Assembly: GCA_946803585.1 (NCBI GenBank)
Contig: CAMPEQ010000008.1
Coordinates: 141,786-205,785, forward strand
Length of the DNA stretch: 64,000 nucleotides
Direction: 5' to 3'
From: an uncultured Actinomycetes bacterium
GTDB taxonomy: Bacteria; Actinomycetota; Actinomycetes; S36-B12; UBA10799
The notes beneath the pieces are model-generated. The model did no database searches. It saw nothing but the letters and a program-made list of their open reading frames with translations, and was not told where the DNA came from. The translations under genes were made by a program, and so were the position numbers. This document shows, in pieces, positions 47,708 to 57,160 of the stretch (its first letter is position 1; every line of letters begins with the position of its first letter).

Positions 47708-48884
47708 TTACTCCAGCTAAGTAGTCGGCGGCGTGATGACCACGTTCCAAGAGCGACGGTAGATCAGAACCCAGTGCGGTCACATGCCCAAGTTTGCGCC
47801 CTGGCCGGGCTGTTTTGCCGTACATGTGGACCTTGATATGCGGATCACGGGCCATCACGTGGCGGTACGCTGCGTACAGGTCGCCCTTCTCGGTGCCTAA
47901 GACGTTCACCATGACACAAAGCGGTGCAAGGGCAGCGGAACTTCCGAGTGGTAGGTCCAGCACAGCTCGCAGATGGTTCTCGAACTGCGACGTGACTGAT
48001 CCATCGATCGTCCAATGGCCGGAATTGTGCGGTCGCATCGCTAGCTCGTTAACCAGAACGCCTTCCGGTGTTTGGAACAATTCAACAGCCAGCATTCCCG
48101 TGACACCCACGACCTGCGCCACCCGAAGGGCGATCTGTTGGGCAGCAATCGCCGTTGCCTCATCGATCCCGGGCGCCGGAGCGACAACCTCCTTACAAAT
48201 ACCGTCCTGCTGAACGGTCCGTACCACGGGATAGGTCACCGCTTGGCCATGTGGCGATCGAGCAATCTGCGCGGCCAACTCGGCCGTGAAGTCGACCTTC
48301 TCTTCGAGAAGCCAAGCGGCTGGAGGAACCAGAGGGTTCTCTTCCATCACTTCGCGAGCAACGACTGAGGAGTCCGCCACCCAGACTCCTCGCCCGTCGT
48401 AACCACCGCGAGAGGTCTTCATGATGATCGGCCAACCAACCTGATCGCCGAATGCCCGACACTGGTCAACCGCGGTCGGCAGGTCAGTGCCAGGTTGGAT
48501 CGCCCGCCATCGAGGGCAAGGAATTCCGGCATCGCTGAGGGTTTGGCGCATCACGATCTTGTCTTGGGCATTGATGAGCGCGTCCGGACCGGGCCGCACA
48601 GGAACGCCGGCCTCGATCACTTTGGCCAATAGCTCCGGAGGAACATGTTCATGATCGAAGGTGACGACGTCGACTCCCTCGATGAAGTCCAAGACGGCCT
48701 GCTCGTCGTCGTGGGCCCCTATCCAAACGTCGCTAATCACCAACGCTGCACTGTCGCTGGGATCGGTCGACAGCAGACGCAAATTGACCCCGAGGCCAAT
48801 CGCGGCTTGTGCCATCATCCGAGCAAGTTGCCCGCCACCAATCACACCCACCGTGGGGAAGTCCTTGACAACCTCTTCGGTCAC
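47697..48884 (-). CDS. purK: 5-(carboxyamino)imidazole ribonucleotide synthase
   Basis: 395 aa ATP-grasp protein. [14 protein letters not shown]-terminus. 11-nt overlap with purE. Confidence 0.93.
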   Translation of the reverse strand: MTEEVVKDFPTVGVIGGGQLARMMAQAAIGLGVNLRLLSTDPSDSAALVISDVWIGAHDDEQAVLDFIEGVDVVTFDHEHVPPELLAKVIEAGVPVRPGPDALINAQDKIVMRQTLSDAGIPCPRWRAIQPGTDLPTAVDQCRAFGDQVGWPIIMKTSRGGYDGRGVWVADSSVVAREVMEENPLVPPAAWLLEEKVDFTAELAAQIARSPHGQAVTYPVVRTVQQDGICKEVVAPAPGIDEATAIAAQQIALRVAQVVGVTGMLAVELFQTPEGVLVNELAMRPHNSGHWTIDGSVTSQFENHLRAVLDLPLGSSAALAPLCVMVNVLGTEKGDLYAAYRHVMARDPHIKVHMYGKTARPGRKLGHVTALGSDLPSLLERGHHAADYLAGVIDE

Positions 48885-49870
48885 GGAAGGATTCCAGAGT
48901 CAGTGATCGTGATCGAGTACGTTGCTGAGAACGTCTGTCCGTGCTCAACTGCCCGAATCGGGAAGTGACCAGCTAGCGGATCGGTTGGAGCCGACATTGG
49001 CTCGATCGCAACCAGAGCTTGATCCGGCGGGGCGAAGAGCACAGCGTAGGGATATCCCTCATCGTAGGAGAGCGTGATACGTCGGCCGCCGCCCTCAACG
49101 AACGCTTGAGTACCTTCGGGCACCTCGCAGTAGAGGTCATCAAAAACCAAGCCTCCAGACTGGGGATCACCCAACACATCCACCTCGACCGGTTCGCGGG
49201 TTACCTCGCCAGTCGGAATCGTTAAGTCACTGAGGTCGACGTGGTGGGTGAAGGGTTTGGCCACCGTCCAGTCTTGCCGATCGCCGCCTGGAGGAGCGAA
49301 GTAAGGGTGCCAGCCAAATGCCACCGGGACTCGCTGCTGCGTCGTTGCTGTGACGGCGGTCGTGATGGACAACGTCGCCTCATGCAAATGAACACTGACG
49401 GTCAGCGTGTGCGGGAACGGAAAGGCTGGGAACTCCGGCCGATCAGCATTGAAGTCGAGCTCAGCGGTGAGGTATGCACCCGCATCGGAGCCGTCGGCTA
49501 CTACCTCCGATCGGGTGACGCGCCAGTCCCGACATCCGGCGAGTAACCCGTGGATTGGCAGGCCAGATCCATCCGGATGCACACCTGGCGTTCCATCGGT
49601 CTCCAGCGTCACGCCATCAAACTCGCGAGCCGAAAGCCGGTTCGCCCACGGGGCCAGTAGCGGGATCCCGAAGGTCTTTCCAGACTCCAGGTAGGACCCG
49701 AGTCCGCCACGCATCCCAAGAATCTCCTCACCACGGTGCAGAATTGACGAGCCAACCATTCCGCCATCGGGGATGAAGCTGACGACCAATTCGTCGGGAG
49801 AGATCAACGACACAAGAGTGCGGTCGGGAAAGTCTGGGTGCGGTTTCTGATCGATTGCGTAAGTGGCCAT
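48881..49870 (-). CDS. Aldose 1-epimerase (galactose mutarotase-like) family protein
   Basis: The ATG at 49870 (MATYAIDQ...) has AAGGA upstream. Beta-sandwich-type sequence with HPYF-like GWHPYFAPPG. GTGA overlap with the purK start. Confidence 0.7.
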   Translation of the reverse strand: MATYAIDQKPHPDFPDRTLVSLISPDELVVSFIPDGGMVGSSILHRGEEILGMRGGLGSYLESGKTFGIPLLAPWANRLSAREFDGVTLETDGTPGVHPDGSGLPIHGLLAGCRDWRVTRSEVVADGSDAGAYLTAELDFNADRPEFPAFPFPHTLTVSVHLHEATLSITTAVTATTQQRVPVAFGWHPYFAPPGGDRQDWTVAKPFTHHVDLSDLTIPTGEVTREPVEVDVLGDPQSGGLVFDDLYCEVPEGTQAFVEGGGRRITLSYDEGYPYAVLFAPPDQALVAIEPMSAPTDPLAGHFPIRAVEHGQTFSATYSITITDSGILP

Positions 49871-49874
49871 GTTC

Positions 49875-51032
49875 CTATCCTTGCGGTAAACCGAGGTCAC
49901 GCGAAATCAACATCCGTTGGACTTCACTCGTTCCCTCACCAATTTCCAAGATCTTCGCGTCGCGGTAGAACCGTCCGACGGGGAATTCGATCGTGAATCC
50001 GTATCCCCCGTGAACCTGTGTTGCGGCCCGCGAGTTGTCCATCGCGGCGTTGGATGAGTGCAGTTTGGCGATCGCAGCCTGCCGTTTGAAGGGGTCTCCG
50101 GCCGCCATCCGGGATGCTGCATCACGCCAGGCGAGCCGAGAGGTATGGGCCCGTGACTCCATATCGGCAATCATGAACGAGACAGCTTGGTGTGCCCCGA
50201 TCGGACGCCCAAAGGCCTCCCGTTGCGAGGCGTACTTGACTGACTCGTCCACGCAGCCTTGCGCCAATCCGGTACCTAGAGCGGCGATCGCGATGCGGCC
50301 CTCATCGAGGATCCGAAGGAACTGTGCGTACCCACGTCCACGCTGCCCAACCAAGTTGGTCGCGGGCACTCGAACGTCAGTGAATGACAGCTCATGGGTA
50401 TCCGAGGCATTCCAGCCCAGCTTGTCGTACTCCCTAGATACGGCGAATCCGGGTGTTCCGGCCGGAATCAGGATTGAAGAGATCTCCTTACTACCGTCGG
50501 GGTTCTGACCAGTCACTGCTGTGACGGTTACGAGCCCGGTAATCGCAGTACCCGAGTTCGTGATGAAGGACTTTGAACCGTTGATTACCCATTCGTCGCC
50601 AACCAGCTCAGCTTTCGTTCTAGTACTCCCCGCATCGGAACCCGCGCCGGCTTCGGTCAGCCCGAAGGCCCCGAGAATCTCCCCCGAGGTCAGCCGGGGA
50701 AGCCACTCGCGTTTTAGTTCTTCGGAGCCGAATCGATAGATCGGCATCGCCCCGAGCGAGACCCCCGCTTCTAGTGTGATCGCAATCGATGAGTCGACCC
50801 GACCGAGCTCCTCGAGGGCGACGCACAAAGCGACGAAATCGCCACCCATACCGCCGTACTCCTCTGGGAACGGAAGGCCGAACAATCCGAGATCCGCCAT
50901 GGACTTCACCAGCGGAAGGGGAAACTCGCCTCGGGCGTAGTAGTCGCCAATAACCGGGGCAACCTCGTCGCGGGCGAACTGCTCCACTGTCTTGCGTAGG
51001 GCCTCATGCTCATCGGACAATCGAAGATCCAC
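49875..51032 (-). CDS. Acyl-CoA dehydrogenase (second copy)
   Basis: 385 aa. GTG start with AGGAGGAG upstream. GLTEAGAGSDAGS, FMIADM and RFYRDAKILEIGEGTSEVQR motifs. Confidence 0.9.
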   Translation of the reverse strand: MDLRLSDEHEALRKTVEQFARDEVAPVIGDYYARGEFPLPLVKSMADLGLFGLPFPEEYGGMGGDFVALCVALEELGRVDSSIAITLEAGVSLGAMPIYRFGSEELKREWLPRLTSGEILGAFGLTEAGAGSDAGSTRTKAELVGDEWVINGSKSFITNSGTAITGLVTVTAVTGQNPDGSKEISSILIPAGTPGFAVSREYDKLGWNASDTHELSFTDVRVPATNLVGQRGRGYAQFLRILDEGRIAIAALGTGLAQGCVDESVKYASQREAFGRPIGAHQAVSFMIADMESRAHTSRLAWRDAASRMAAGDPFKRQAAIAKLHSSNAAMDNSRAATQVHGGYGFTIEFPVGRFYRDAKILEIGEGTSEVQRMLISRDLGLPQG

Positions 51033-51211
51033 CGTTGACTCCTCCTGTTGGGCGGCTCGTACTACGCCTCATCGCCTGGCTGCTGTATCCACTACCCGCT
51101 CGGCGCAACCAGCGCAAAAGTCACGCGTCGCCCAAACCGATAGGGGAGTATGGTGATCCGACTCACCAGCAGTAGCGTTTCATCTTCCCACGAGGCGGGT
51201 ATTCTCACGTC

Positions 51212-51742
51212 ATGACCCAGACTTCCCCAGAGCCAACGAGCGACGGTCGCATTGCGAGCCTCGTTGCGCCGTGGCGGGCCCGCGTCGAGCACCTCTATCG
51301 CGAGGTCGCGAAGTTCGGGGTTATTGGGCTGATTGCCCTCGTCATCGACGTCGGTCTGTTCAACCTGCTGATGTACGCCGGAGGGGGCCTACTGGCCGAC
51401 AAGCCGTTGACTGCAAAAGTTATTTCGGTTTGTTTCGCAACGACTTTCGCCTACTTCGGAAACCGGTTTTGGACCTTCCGCAACCGTGGGCGCACGTCCT
51501 ACACCCGCGAGTACGTCCTCTTCTTTGTTCTCAACATCATCGGGATGGGTATTGCTCTTGGCTGCCTGTGGTTCAGCCACTATGCACTCGGCCTAGACAG
51601 TGCACTGGCAGACAACATCAGCGCGAACGTTATTGGCCTAGCCCTCGGTACGCTCTTCCGCTTCTGGTCCTACCGCAAGTGGGTATTCCCAGAGGTTGAC
51701 GAGGTCTCGGACAAGGAACTCCTCGAGCTTTCCGAGGTCTAG
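51212..51742 (+). CDS. GtrA-family membrane protein
   Basis: 176 aa, four TM segments. KFGVIGLIALVIDVGLFNLL and RFWSYRKWVF motifs. Confidence 0.85.
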   Translation: MTQTSPEPTSDGRIASLVAPWRARVEHLYREVAKFGVIGLIALVIDVGLFNLLMYAGGGLLADKPLTAKVISVCFATTFAYFGNRFWTFRNRGRTSYTREYVLFFVLNIIGMGIALGCLWFSHYALGLDSALADNISANVIGLALGTLFRFWSYRKWVFPEVDEVSDKELLELSEV

Positions 51743-51809
51743 GAACTGCGCGGGGAACTGCTAGGGGGGAACCCTGCCCCAGAATCGCCCCTCTGGGAGT
51801 GACCGGCGG

Positions 51810-53336
51810 CTAGACCGGCGTCACCCCGTGGCGGCGTCGGGAGAAGGCTCGGTCCTTTGTGGCGGCCGCCGCGATCCGACGAATCAGATCCTTGCGGAGG
51901 TCTTCAGGCTCGACGATCGTGTCGATGACCAGCTCGCTAGCCAGGCGAACCACATCAATATCCTGCTCGTAATCCTCCCGCTTAGCGGCGACGAATGCGG
52001 CCCGCTCATCCTCATCGACGATGGCCGCGATCTTATTCGCGTACACCGCGTTAACCGCCGCCTCAGCACCCATCACGGCAATCTTGGCCGATGGGAGGGC
52101 GATCGTTGCATCTGGCGCGAATCCAGGGCCCGCCATCGCATAGAGCCCCGCACCATACGCCTTGCGAATGACAACGCAGAACTTCGGAACCGTCGCCTCG
52201 CTGACGGCCGTAATGAGCTTGGCGCCATGGCGAATGATCCCCTGCTTCTCAACCGCGCTTCCCACCATGAATCCGGGGACATCCGAGAGGAAGATCAGCG
52301 GAACATTGAAGGCGTCACAAAGCTGAATGAAGCGAGCTGACTTATCCGCGGAGTCGACGAAGAGCACGCCACCTTTGAACATCGGATTGTTTGCAACAAG
52401 TCCAACTACTTTGCCGTCCAGTCGGCCGAACCCAACAACAACCTCCTTGGCCCAGTTCTTGTGGATCTCGAAGAAGGATCCCTCGTCGATCAGCCCGCGA
52501 ATGTACCGGCGCATATCAAAAGCCTGTCGTTCGCTCTCGGGAACGAGCGCCCGCAGATCGATACTCTCCGGCTCTGCGGCAGGCTCAATTGGAGGTCCCT
52601 GTTGCCAATTCTGCGGCAGGTAGGAGAGATAGTCCTTGACGCCAACGAGCGCCTCTTGTTCAGTCTTGACGAGCATATGACCAACACCGCTAGCACTGGT
52701 GTGGACCTTCGCCCCGCCCATATCCTCCAGCGTCGTTTTCTCGCCTGTCACCATCTCGACCATCCGGTCAGAGCCCAGGTACATCGACGCGTTACCCGAC
52801 ACCATGATCACGATGTCGCAGAAGGCCGGAATATAGGCACCACCGGCCGCGCTCGGGCCGAACAGGGCACACACCTGGGGAATCGAACCAGATGCTCGCA
52901 CCTGGTTCCAGAAGATCTTCCCTGCGCCCCTGCGGCCGGGGAACAAATCAACCTGGTCGGTGATCCGGGCTCCTGCCGAGTCGACCAACCACACCATCGG
53001 AATGCTCAACTCGTAGGCGCGCTCGATAATGCGCACGATCTTCTCAACCGTGCGCGCTCCCCACGATCCCGCCTTGACCGTTGAATCGTTGGCCATCAGC
53101 GCAACGTGACGGCCATCTATCGTCGCCGTCCCGGTAACGACACCGTCACTAGGGAGATCGCCGGCGAGTATGTTCGCGTACATCCCGTCCTCGACGAATG
53201 ACTCCTCATCGACCAGTAAAGCGATTCGGTCGCGGGCAAAGAGCTTGCCTTTGGCGGCATTGGCCTCGTGATACTTGCTGGCCCCACCCGCCTCAACCTG
53301 GTCCCGGAGTTCGCTAACTGGCGGATGGTTGGGCAT
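51810..53336 (-). CDS. Acyl-CoA carboxylase carboxyltransferase (beta) subunit, AccD family
   Basis: The ATG at 53336 has GAGGA upstream (the track ORF begins 12 nt earlier at a GTG). Two CoA-carboxyltransferase halves (MANDSTVKAGSWG, GPSAAGGAYIP, RKAYGAGLYAM). Confidence 0.9.
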   Translation of the reverse strand: MPNHPPVSELRDQVEAGGASKYHEANAAKGKLFARDRIALLVDEESFVEDGMYANILAGDLPSDGVVTGTATIDGRHVALMANDSTVKAGSWGARTVEKIVRIIERAYELSIPMVWLVDSAGARITDQVDLFPGRRGAGKIFWNQVRASGSIPQVCALFGPSAAGGAYIPAFCDIVIMVSGNASMYLGSDRMVEMVTGEKTTLEDMGGAKVHTSASGVGHMLVKTEQEALVGVKDYLSYLPQNWQQGPPIEPAAEPESIDLRALVPESERQAFDMRRYIRGLIDEGSFFEIHKNWAKEVVVGFGRLDGKVVGLVANNPMFKGGVLFVDSADKSARFIQLCDAFNVPLIFLSDVPGFMVGSAVEKQGIIRHGAKLITAVSEATVPKFCVVIRKAYGAGLYAMAGPGFAPDATIALPSAKIAVMGAEAAVNAVYANKIAAIVDEDERAAFVAAKREDYEQDIDVVRLASELVIDTIVEPEDLRKDLIRRIAAAATKDRAFSRRRHGVTPV

Positions 53337-53468
53337 CGCAATCCTCACGTCGACAACAGGCTCGGCGCAGGCGTCTCAAAGGACAGTGTCGCCGTCTCTC
53401 GTAGCGAAGCCTACGCGCGGCGCGTTGATAGCCGGTCAAACGGCTACCAGGTCGCAGGTAGCGGGGCG

Positions 53469-54563
53469 TTATCTGACTTCTCGAGTAAGTGACCAGCCTC
53501 GAAGTAGGCCGAACCCCCTGGCAGCTCGCGGGCGGGTGCCCCGAAAAGCGAATCCGCGAACATCTTCCAACGTCTCGAATGTCGCGGAATCGACGTAAGT
53601 CGAGCCGGGTTTCGCCATCGCTGTTAGGCGACTCGCACGGTTCACTGTGGTTCCGTACACATCGCCCATCCGAAGGACGACTGACCCGGTAGCTAGACCA
53701 ATGCGCATCTTGGGGAAAGTCTGACTTGTGCGGTGAGCCTCGTGGAGTCGAAGCGCGGTCTCAGCAATCACGTCCGGGGACTTATCAATGAACAAGACCT
53801 CATCGCCAAGAGTCTTGACGAGGCGTGCTCCCGTTCCTGCCACGATATCGGCACTCACCGTCTCGAACGTCTCCACAAGGTGGGCTAAATCAACTTCGGG
53901 GATCTGGCGGGATAGCCGGGTGAACCCAACCAGGTCAGCAAACCCCACTGACATCACGTCGCTCTTTGCACCTGGTCCGGCTTGTGCGACCGCCGCACCA
54001 CGAGCCGCTGCTGCCGCCATCTGACGACGCCAGGAATACACCAGCAGGTTCTCCATCACTGGCTTCATCAACTCAGATTCGCGCATGACCGGAAGGACCT
54101 CGTCCTCTTGCAGTTCTGCGATATCTTTGACGATTCCTCTGTCTTGTAGCGTGCGAGCAATCGTGTTGCCCTGCCACTCCGCTAAGCGAGCTGTGCTCTG
54201 CCCGATCGCTCGCGCAATCTCGATGGCATCCGTCAGCTTGAGCCGACCCTGATCTATCTCGCTAGTCAGTGAGCGCAGCGCCTCGACGTCATACTTAGTG
54301 AAAGCGCGATTCCCACCCACATCAGCAAAACCCATCGCCCGCCATAGCACTCGCGTTGTTTCCTCTGAGACCCCCGCGAGTTCGGCGACCTCATCGCTGG
54401 TGAACTCCAGCGGCGCTCCGAGGATGTGTTCAATGAACTGTTCTGAGCTGACAATCGGCTGAGCTGGATCGTGCTCCCCATCACTGTCGCTGGTCGACCG
54501 CTTCTTAGTAGCAGCCATCTTGCGAGCGGGACGAGGATCCGCCGCGCTCACAGTTCCTCCCAT
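53469..54563 (-). CDS. Class III adenylate cyclase with an N-terminal regulatory domain (Rv1264-like architecture)
   Basis: Catalytic core SVGFADLVGFTRLS...KTLGDEVLF...VNRASRL. The N-terminal ~200 aa resemble the adenylate-cyclase regulatory domain. The start is uncertain: ATG 54563, GTG 54551 (GGGAGGA RBS) or ATG 54518. The 465-aa track ORF overlaps the upstream gene and is rejected. Confidence 0.82.
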   Translation of the reverse strand: MGGTVSAADPRPARKMAATKKRSTSDSDGEHDPAQPIVSSEQFIEHILGAPLEFTSDEVAELAGVSEETTRVLWRAMGFADVGGNRAFTKYDVEALRSLTSEIDQGRLKLTDAIEIARAIGQSTARLAEWQGNTIARTLQDRGIVKDIAELQEDEVLPVMRESELMKPVMENLLVYSWRRQMAAAAARGAAVAQAGPGAKSDVMSVGFADLVGFTRLSRQIPEVDLAHLVETFETVSADIVAGTGARLVKTLGDEVLFIDKSPDVIAETALRLHEAHRTSQTFPKMRIGLATGSVVLRMGDVYGTTVNRASRLTAMAKPGSTYVDSATFETLEDVRGFAFRGTRPRAARGFGLLRGWSLTREVR

Positions 54564-54594
54564 CGCAGGACAGCGATTCCGGTTGGCGGTGCCA

Positions 54595-55179
54595 TCATGA
54601 GGCGTCCTGCATCGGGATGTATCGACCAGCCATTTGTTGCGTGTGCTGTGCCCACGCCTCGTCGCGCAGTTTGAGGAGCTGATTGCGAACGCCAGCGACG
54701 TCCGAGACGTCAACAACGGTGGCGGGCTGGGGAGCAAATGTCGTCTGGATGTGCAGTGAACCGACACCGAATAGCCTTCGGATAGGACCTCTCGTATAGC
54801 TAACATCAGCGATCGACAGCAGCGGGATCTCCCACCCTGGCTTGCGCAATCGGTACCGGACGACAACTCGCTGATTGGTGATTATCGTCCGCGCGTTTGC
54901 CCAGCCCAGGAAGCGTCGGAAGAGGGCAAAAAGCAGGTAGCAAGCCAGGACTGCCACTAGCAGCCAGCCGAGCACCCCAGTGACGGTCTCCCCACCAGGT
55001 TGCCAGGTACCCAACGCAGCCCATAGCGCCCCGAATAGCGCCGCGGCAATCATGGTCCGTACGGCGATACCGACGAGGCCAACTTCATGGCGCCTCAACT
55101 CAAGAAGCGGCGCGTCCCGACTAGGACCGGATTTGGGTGCACGCGCCCATGGCGTCGACTGCAGAGAGGACACACCCAT
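54595..55179 (-). CDS. Membrane-anchored bacterial PH-domain protein (bPH_2/YdbT-like)
   Basis: 194 aa. Two TM helices followed by IITNQRVVVRYRLRKPGWEIPLLSIADVSYTRGPIRRLFGVGSLHIQT. Confidence 0.75.
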   Translation of the reverse strand: MGVSSLQSTPWARAPKSGPSRDAPLLELRRHEVGLVGIAVRTMIAAALFGALWAALGTWQPGGETVTGVLGWLLVAVLACYLLFALFRRFLGWANARTIITNQRVVVRYRLRKPGWEIPLLSIADVSYTRGPIRRLFGVGSLHIQTTFAPQPATVVDVSDVAGVRNQLLKLRDEAWAQHTQQMAGRYIPMQDAS

Positions 55180-55266
55180 AGCTCTATCGTTTCACGCTGA
55201 CCTCGCCAATCGGGAGATGAGCGTCACCTGTTTACGAATCATTCACACGACTCTGGGCAACATCAA

Positions 55267-55791
55267 TCAATCCGGCACTGCAACGTTCTCAGTTTTGGTC
55301 TTTCCCGGCATTGCAAACATGAAGATACGCATCAACGCGTATTTTGCCTTGTCTGCGCGAGAGATATCGCCGGTCTCCACGAGTAACTTGAGGGTGGCAA
55401 GGATCCCTGCCCACGTCTTGTCCACCTTGGCGGGATCTGAATCCAACGGCCAACCGCTGTGGATAAGGGTCAAGCGGGTGCCCTCGGGTACTTCCTCGAG
55501 CTGCCAGGTGACTGTCGTTAGTGGATCGTCGCGCATCGTAAGTAGCTGGGTGTGGGAGAAGACCGTCGGCGCAGTGCATTCCACGACCCGCCCGACCACA
55601 AACACCCGCTTGCCATCTTCGGACCGATAGTAGATCGGATCGCCGGGCGTAAAAGACGTGTCGAGTACGGAATCTAAGACAGCCCGCTGTTTGGCGCCCA
55701 CCTTGGTAATTTCTGCCCACACTTGCTCAATAGGGGCAGCGATCGTGATGGCCTGACGCAATTCCTTGGTTTGCTCGCTTGAGTTAGCCAA
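55267..55791 (-). CDS. SRPBCC-superfamily (AHSA1/Aha1-domain) protein
   Basis: Core LRQAITIAAPIEQVWAEITK...TWQLEEVPEGTRLTLIHSGW. I prefer the TTG at 55791 (GAGGAG 6 nt upstream, 8-nt overlap TTGGCTAA with the arsR stop). The alternative ATG at 55875 would overlap arsR by 92 nt. Confidence 0.75.
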   Translation of the reverse strand: MANSSEQTKELRQAITIAAPIEQVWAEITKVGAKQRAVLDSVLDTSFTPGDPIYYRSEDGKRVFVVGRVVECTAPTVFSHTQLLTMRDDPLTTVTWQLEEVPEGTRLTLIHSGWPLDSDPAKVDKTWAGILATLKLLVETGDISRADKAKYALMRIFMFAMPGKTKTENVAVPD

Positions 55792-56191
55792 CTTCTTCTC
55801 CTCTGGTGGGTTCTTGCGGGTGCAGGTCTGGTTGGGGGCAATCGGCTTGGATGGTTCGCGCGGCTTTCTCGGCATGGTCCCTGACTTCAATCAGCGCAGC
55901 TGCCCACGGTGCGTTCGTTGGTTGCACCCACCGCCGATGGATCGATTGGATCGGAACGTCGTTGAGGTGGTTGATCCGTTGTCGACCTTGCTGCTCGACG
56001 ATCACGAGGTCAGCATCACGTAAGACCGACAGATGTGCCATGACAGTGTGACGTGGGAGGCCAACACCGGCAACAATCTGCGTTGTATTGGCTGGGCCGA
56101 CCGCTAAAAGATCCAGGATCCGCCTTCGTGTCCTGTGGGCAAGCGCAGACCAGAGAGCATCGCCCTCATCCTCAACCTGTAACTCTTTCAT
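55784..56191 (-). CDS. ArsR/SmtB-family transcriptional regulator
   Basis: 135 aa. Winged HTH: ALAHRTRRRILDLLAVGPANTTQIVAGVGLPRHTVMAHLSVLRDADLV. Confidence 0.85.
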   Translation of the reverse strand: MKELQVEDEGDALWSALAHRTRRRILDLLAVGPANTTQIVAGVGLPRHTVMAHLSVLRDADLVIVEQQGRQRINHLNDVPIQSIHRRWVQPTNAPWAAALIEVRDHAEKAARTIQADCPQPDLHPQEPTRGEEVG

Positions 56192-56227
56192 TACGTAAAC
56201 TATTACTTACATATCCTGTTTGGTCAA
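56192..56227 (-). promoter_or_regulatory. AT-rich candidate promoter/operator abutting the arsR start
   Basis: 56191-56220 has only 8 G/C in 30 nt. On the minus strand it reads TTGACC (56227-56222) ... TAGTTT (56202-56197), then 5 nt to the ATG. Imperfect inverted repeat TACGTAA-ACTA-TTACTTA at 56192-56209. Confidence 0.35.
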
Positions 56228-56252
56228 GCCACATGTCCGCTGTCGGGATCTC

Positions 56253-57116
56253 CTAAGTGCGAAGGTGCGTGACATCAGCGGCCGAAACCACTCGCCGATG
56301 GACATCTGATTCGACGATCAGATGTCCCTGACTATCGATGTCAGTCGCCGTTCCCACGACGGGATCTCCCCCGGCGATATCAGCGCGTACCGTTCGTCCA
56401 ATCGTGGCGCAGAGCTTGCGATAGTCCAGCGCCAACTCGGAGGTCGCCGCATCACCGCTAGATAGAACGAAACGCGACCACAGCGCTTGCCATTCGGCGA
56501 GAGAGGATATGAGCAGTTGGGTGCGATCCAATGCCGTCGCCAGCCGTACATCAGGGGGTTGCTTCTCGGACTCGATCAAGACCGAGGTCGCTGCCGGGAT
56601 CGGAAGATCCGCTTGGGCGCCGGAGACATTGAGTCCGACGCCGACAATCACAAACCCATCGCCGCGTTCGGCGAGAATCCCCGCGAGCTTCCTTGGTCCA
56701 GACGATCCGTCCCAGGCGGGACCATCGAGGATGACATCGTTCGGCCACTTCAGCTGGGCCCCAATACCGACCGTGTTTACCGCACGGGTGACGGCCACTC
56801 CGGCCATCAAGGGAAGCCAACCATACGCACTTAAAGCCACCTTCAAAGGCGGTCGCAAAACTACCGAGAAGAGCAGTCCACTTCCAGCTGGGCTTTCCCA
56901 CGACCTGTCGAGACGACCCCGCCCGGCAGACTGCTGTTCGGCGCTGACCAGAGTCCAACTTGGCGCTCCCTCGCGTGCCAACTTTGCCGCCGCATCGTTC
57001 GTGGACGAGATCACGTCAAGGGTCACCGCCGGCGGCAAATCAAGGCCGCGGTCGATCGCTGCCTGTCGGATCGCAACGGCTGAGAGCGGGGACGCACAAT
57101 AATCTGGTTTCTCCAC
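56253..57116 (-). CDS. birA: Biotin--[acetyl-CoA-carboxylase] ligase
   Basis: [23 protein letters not shown] biotin-binding loop. The track ORF (390 aa) runs into accD5 on the other strand. I start at the GTG at 57116 ([14 protein letters not shown]..., 287 aa). The start is uncertain. Confidence 0.85.
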   Translation of the reverse strand: MEKPDYCASPLSAVAIRQAAIDRGLDLPPAVTLDVISSTNDAAAKLAREGAPSWTLVSAEQQSAGRGRLDRSWESPAGSGLLFSVVLRPPLKVALSAYGWLPLMAGVAVTRAVNTVGIGAQLKWPNDVILDGPAWDGSSGPRKLAGILAERGDGFVIVGVGLNVSGAQADLPIPAATSVLIESEKQPPDVRLATALDRTQLLISSLAEWQALWSRFVLSSGDAATSELALDYRKLCATIGRTVRADIAGGDPVVGTATDIDSQGHLIVESDVHRRVVSAADVTHLRT

Positions 57117-57160
57117 GTTGCTACCGTAACCACGCTGAGAACGATGACTTGAGGGGAACC

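Noticed and set aside
53469-54866. 465-aa version of the adenylate cyclase ORF.
   Set aside because: The first ~100 residues overlap the PH-domain gene in another frame and look non-protein-like. The start candidates at 54563, 54551 and 54518 all lie after the upstream stop.
54980-55630. Long antisense ORFs opposite real genes. Examples: 54980-55630 (216 aa), 56509-57102 (197 aa), 28250-28843 (197 aa), 23621-24139 (172 aa), 15200-15766 (188 aa).
   Set aside because: All are Ser/Arg/Pro/Ala-rich and lack motifs, and they lie opposite well-supported genes. This is the expected by-product of stop-codon scarcity in high-GC sequence.
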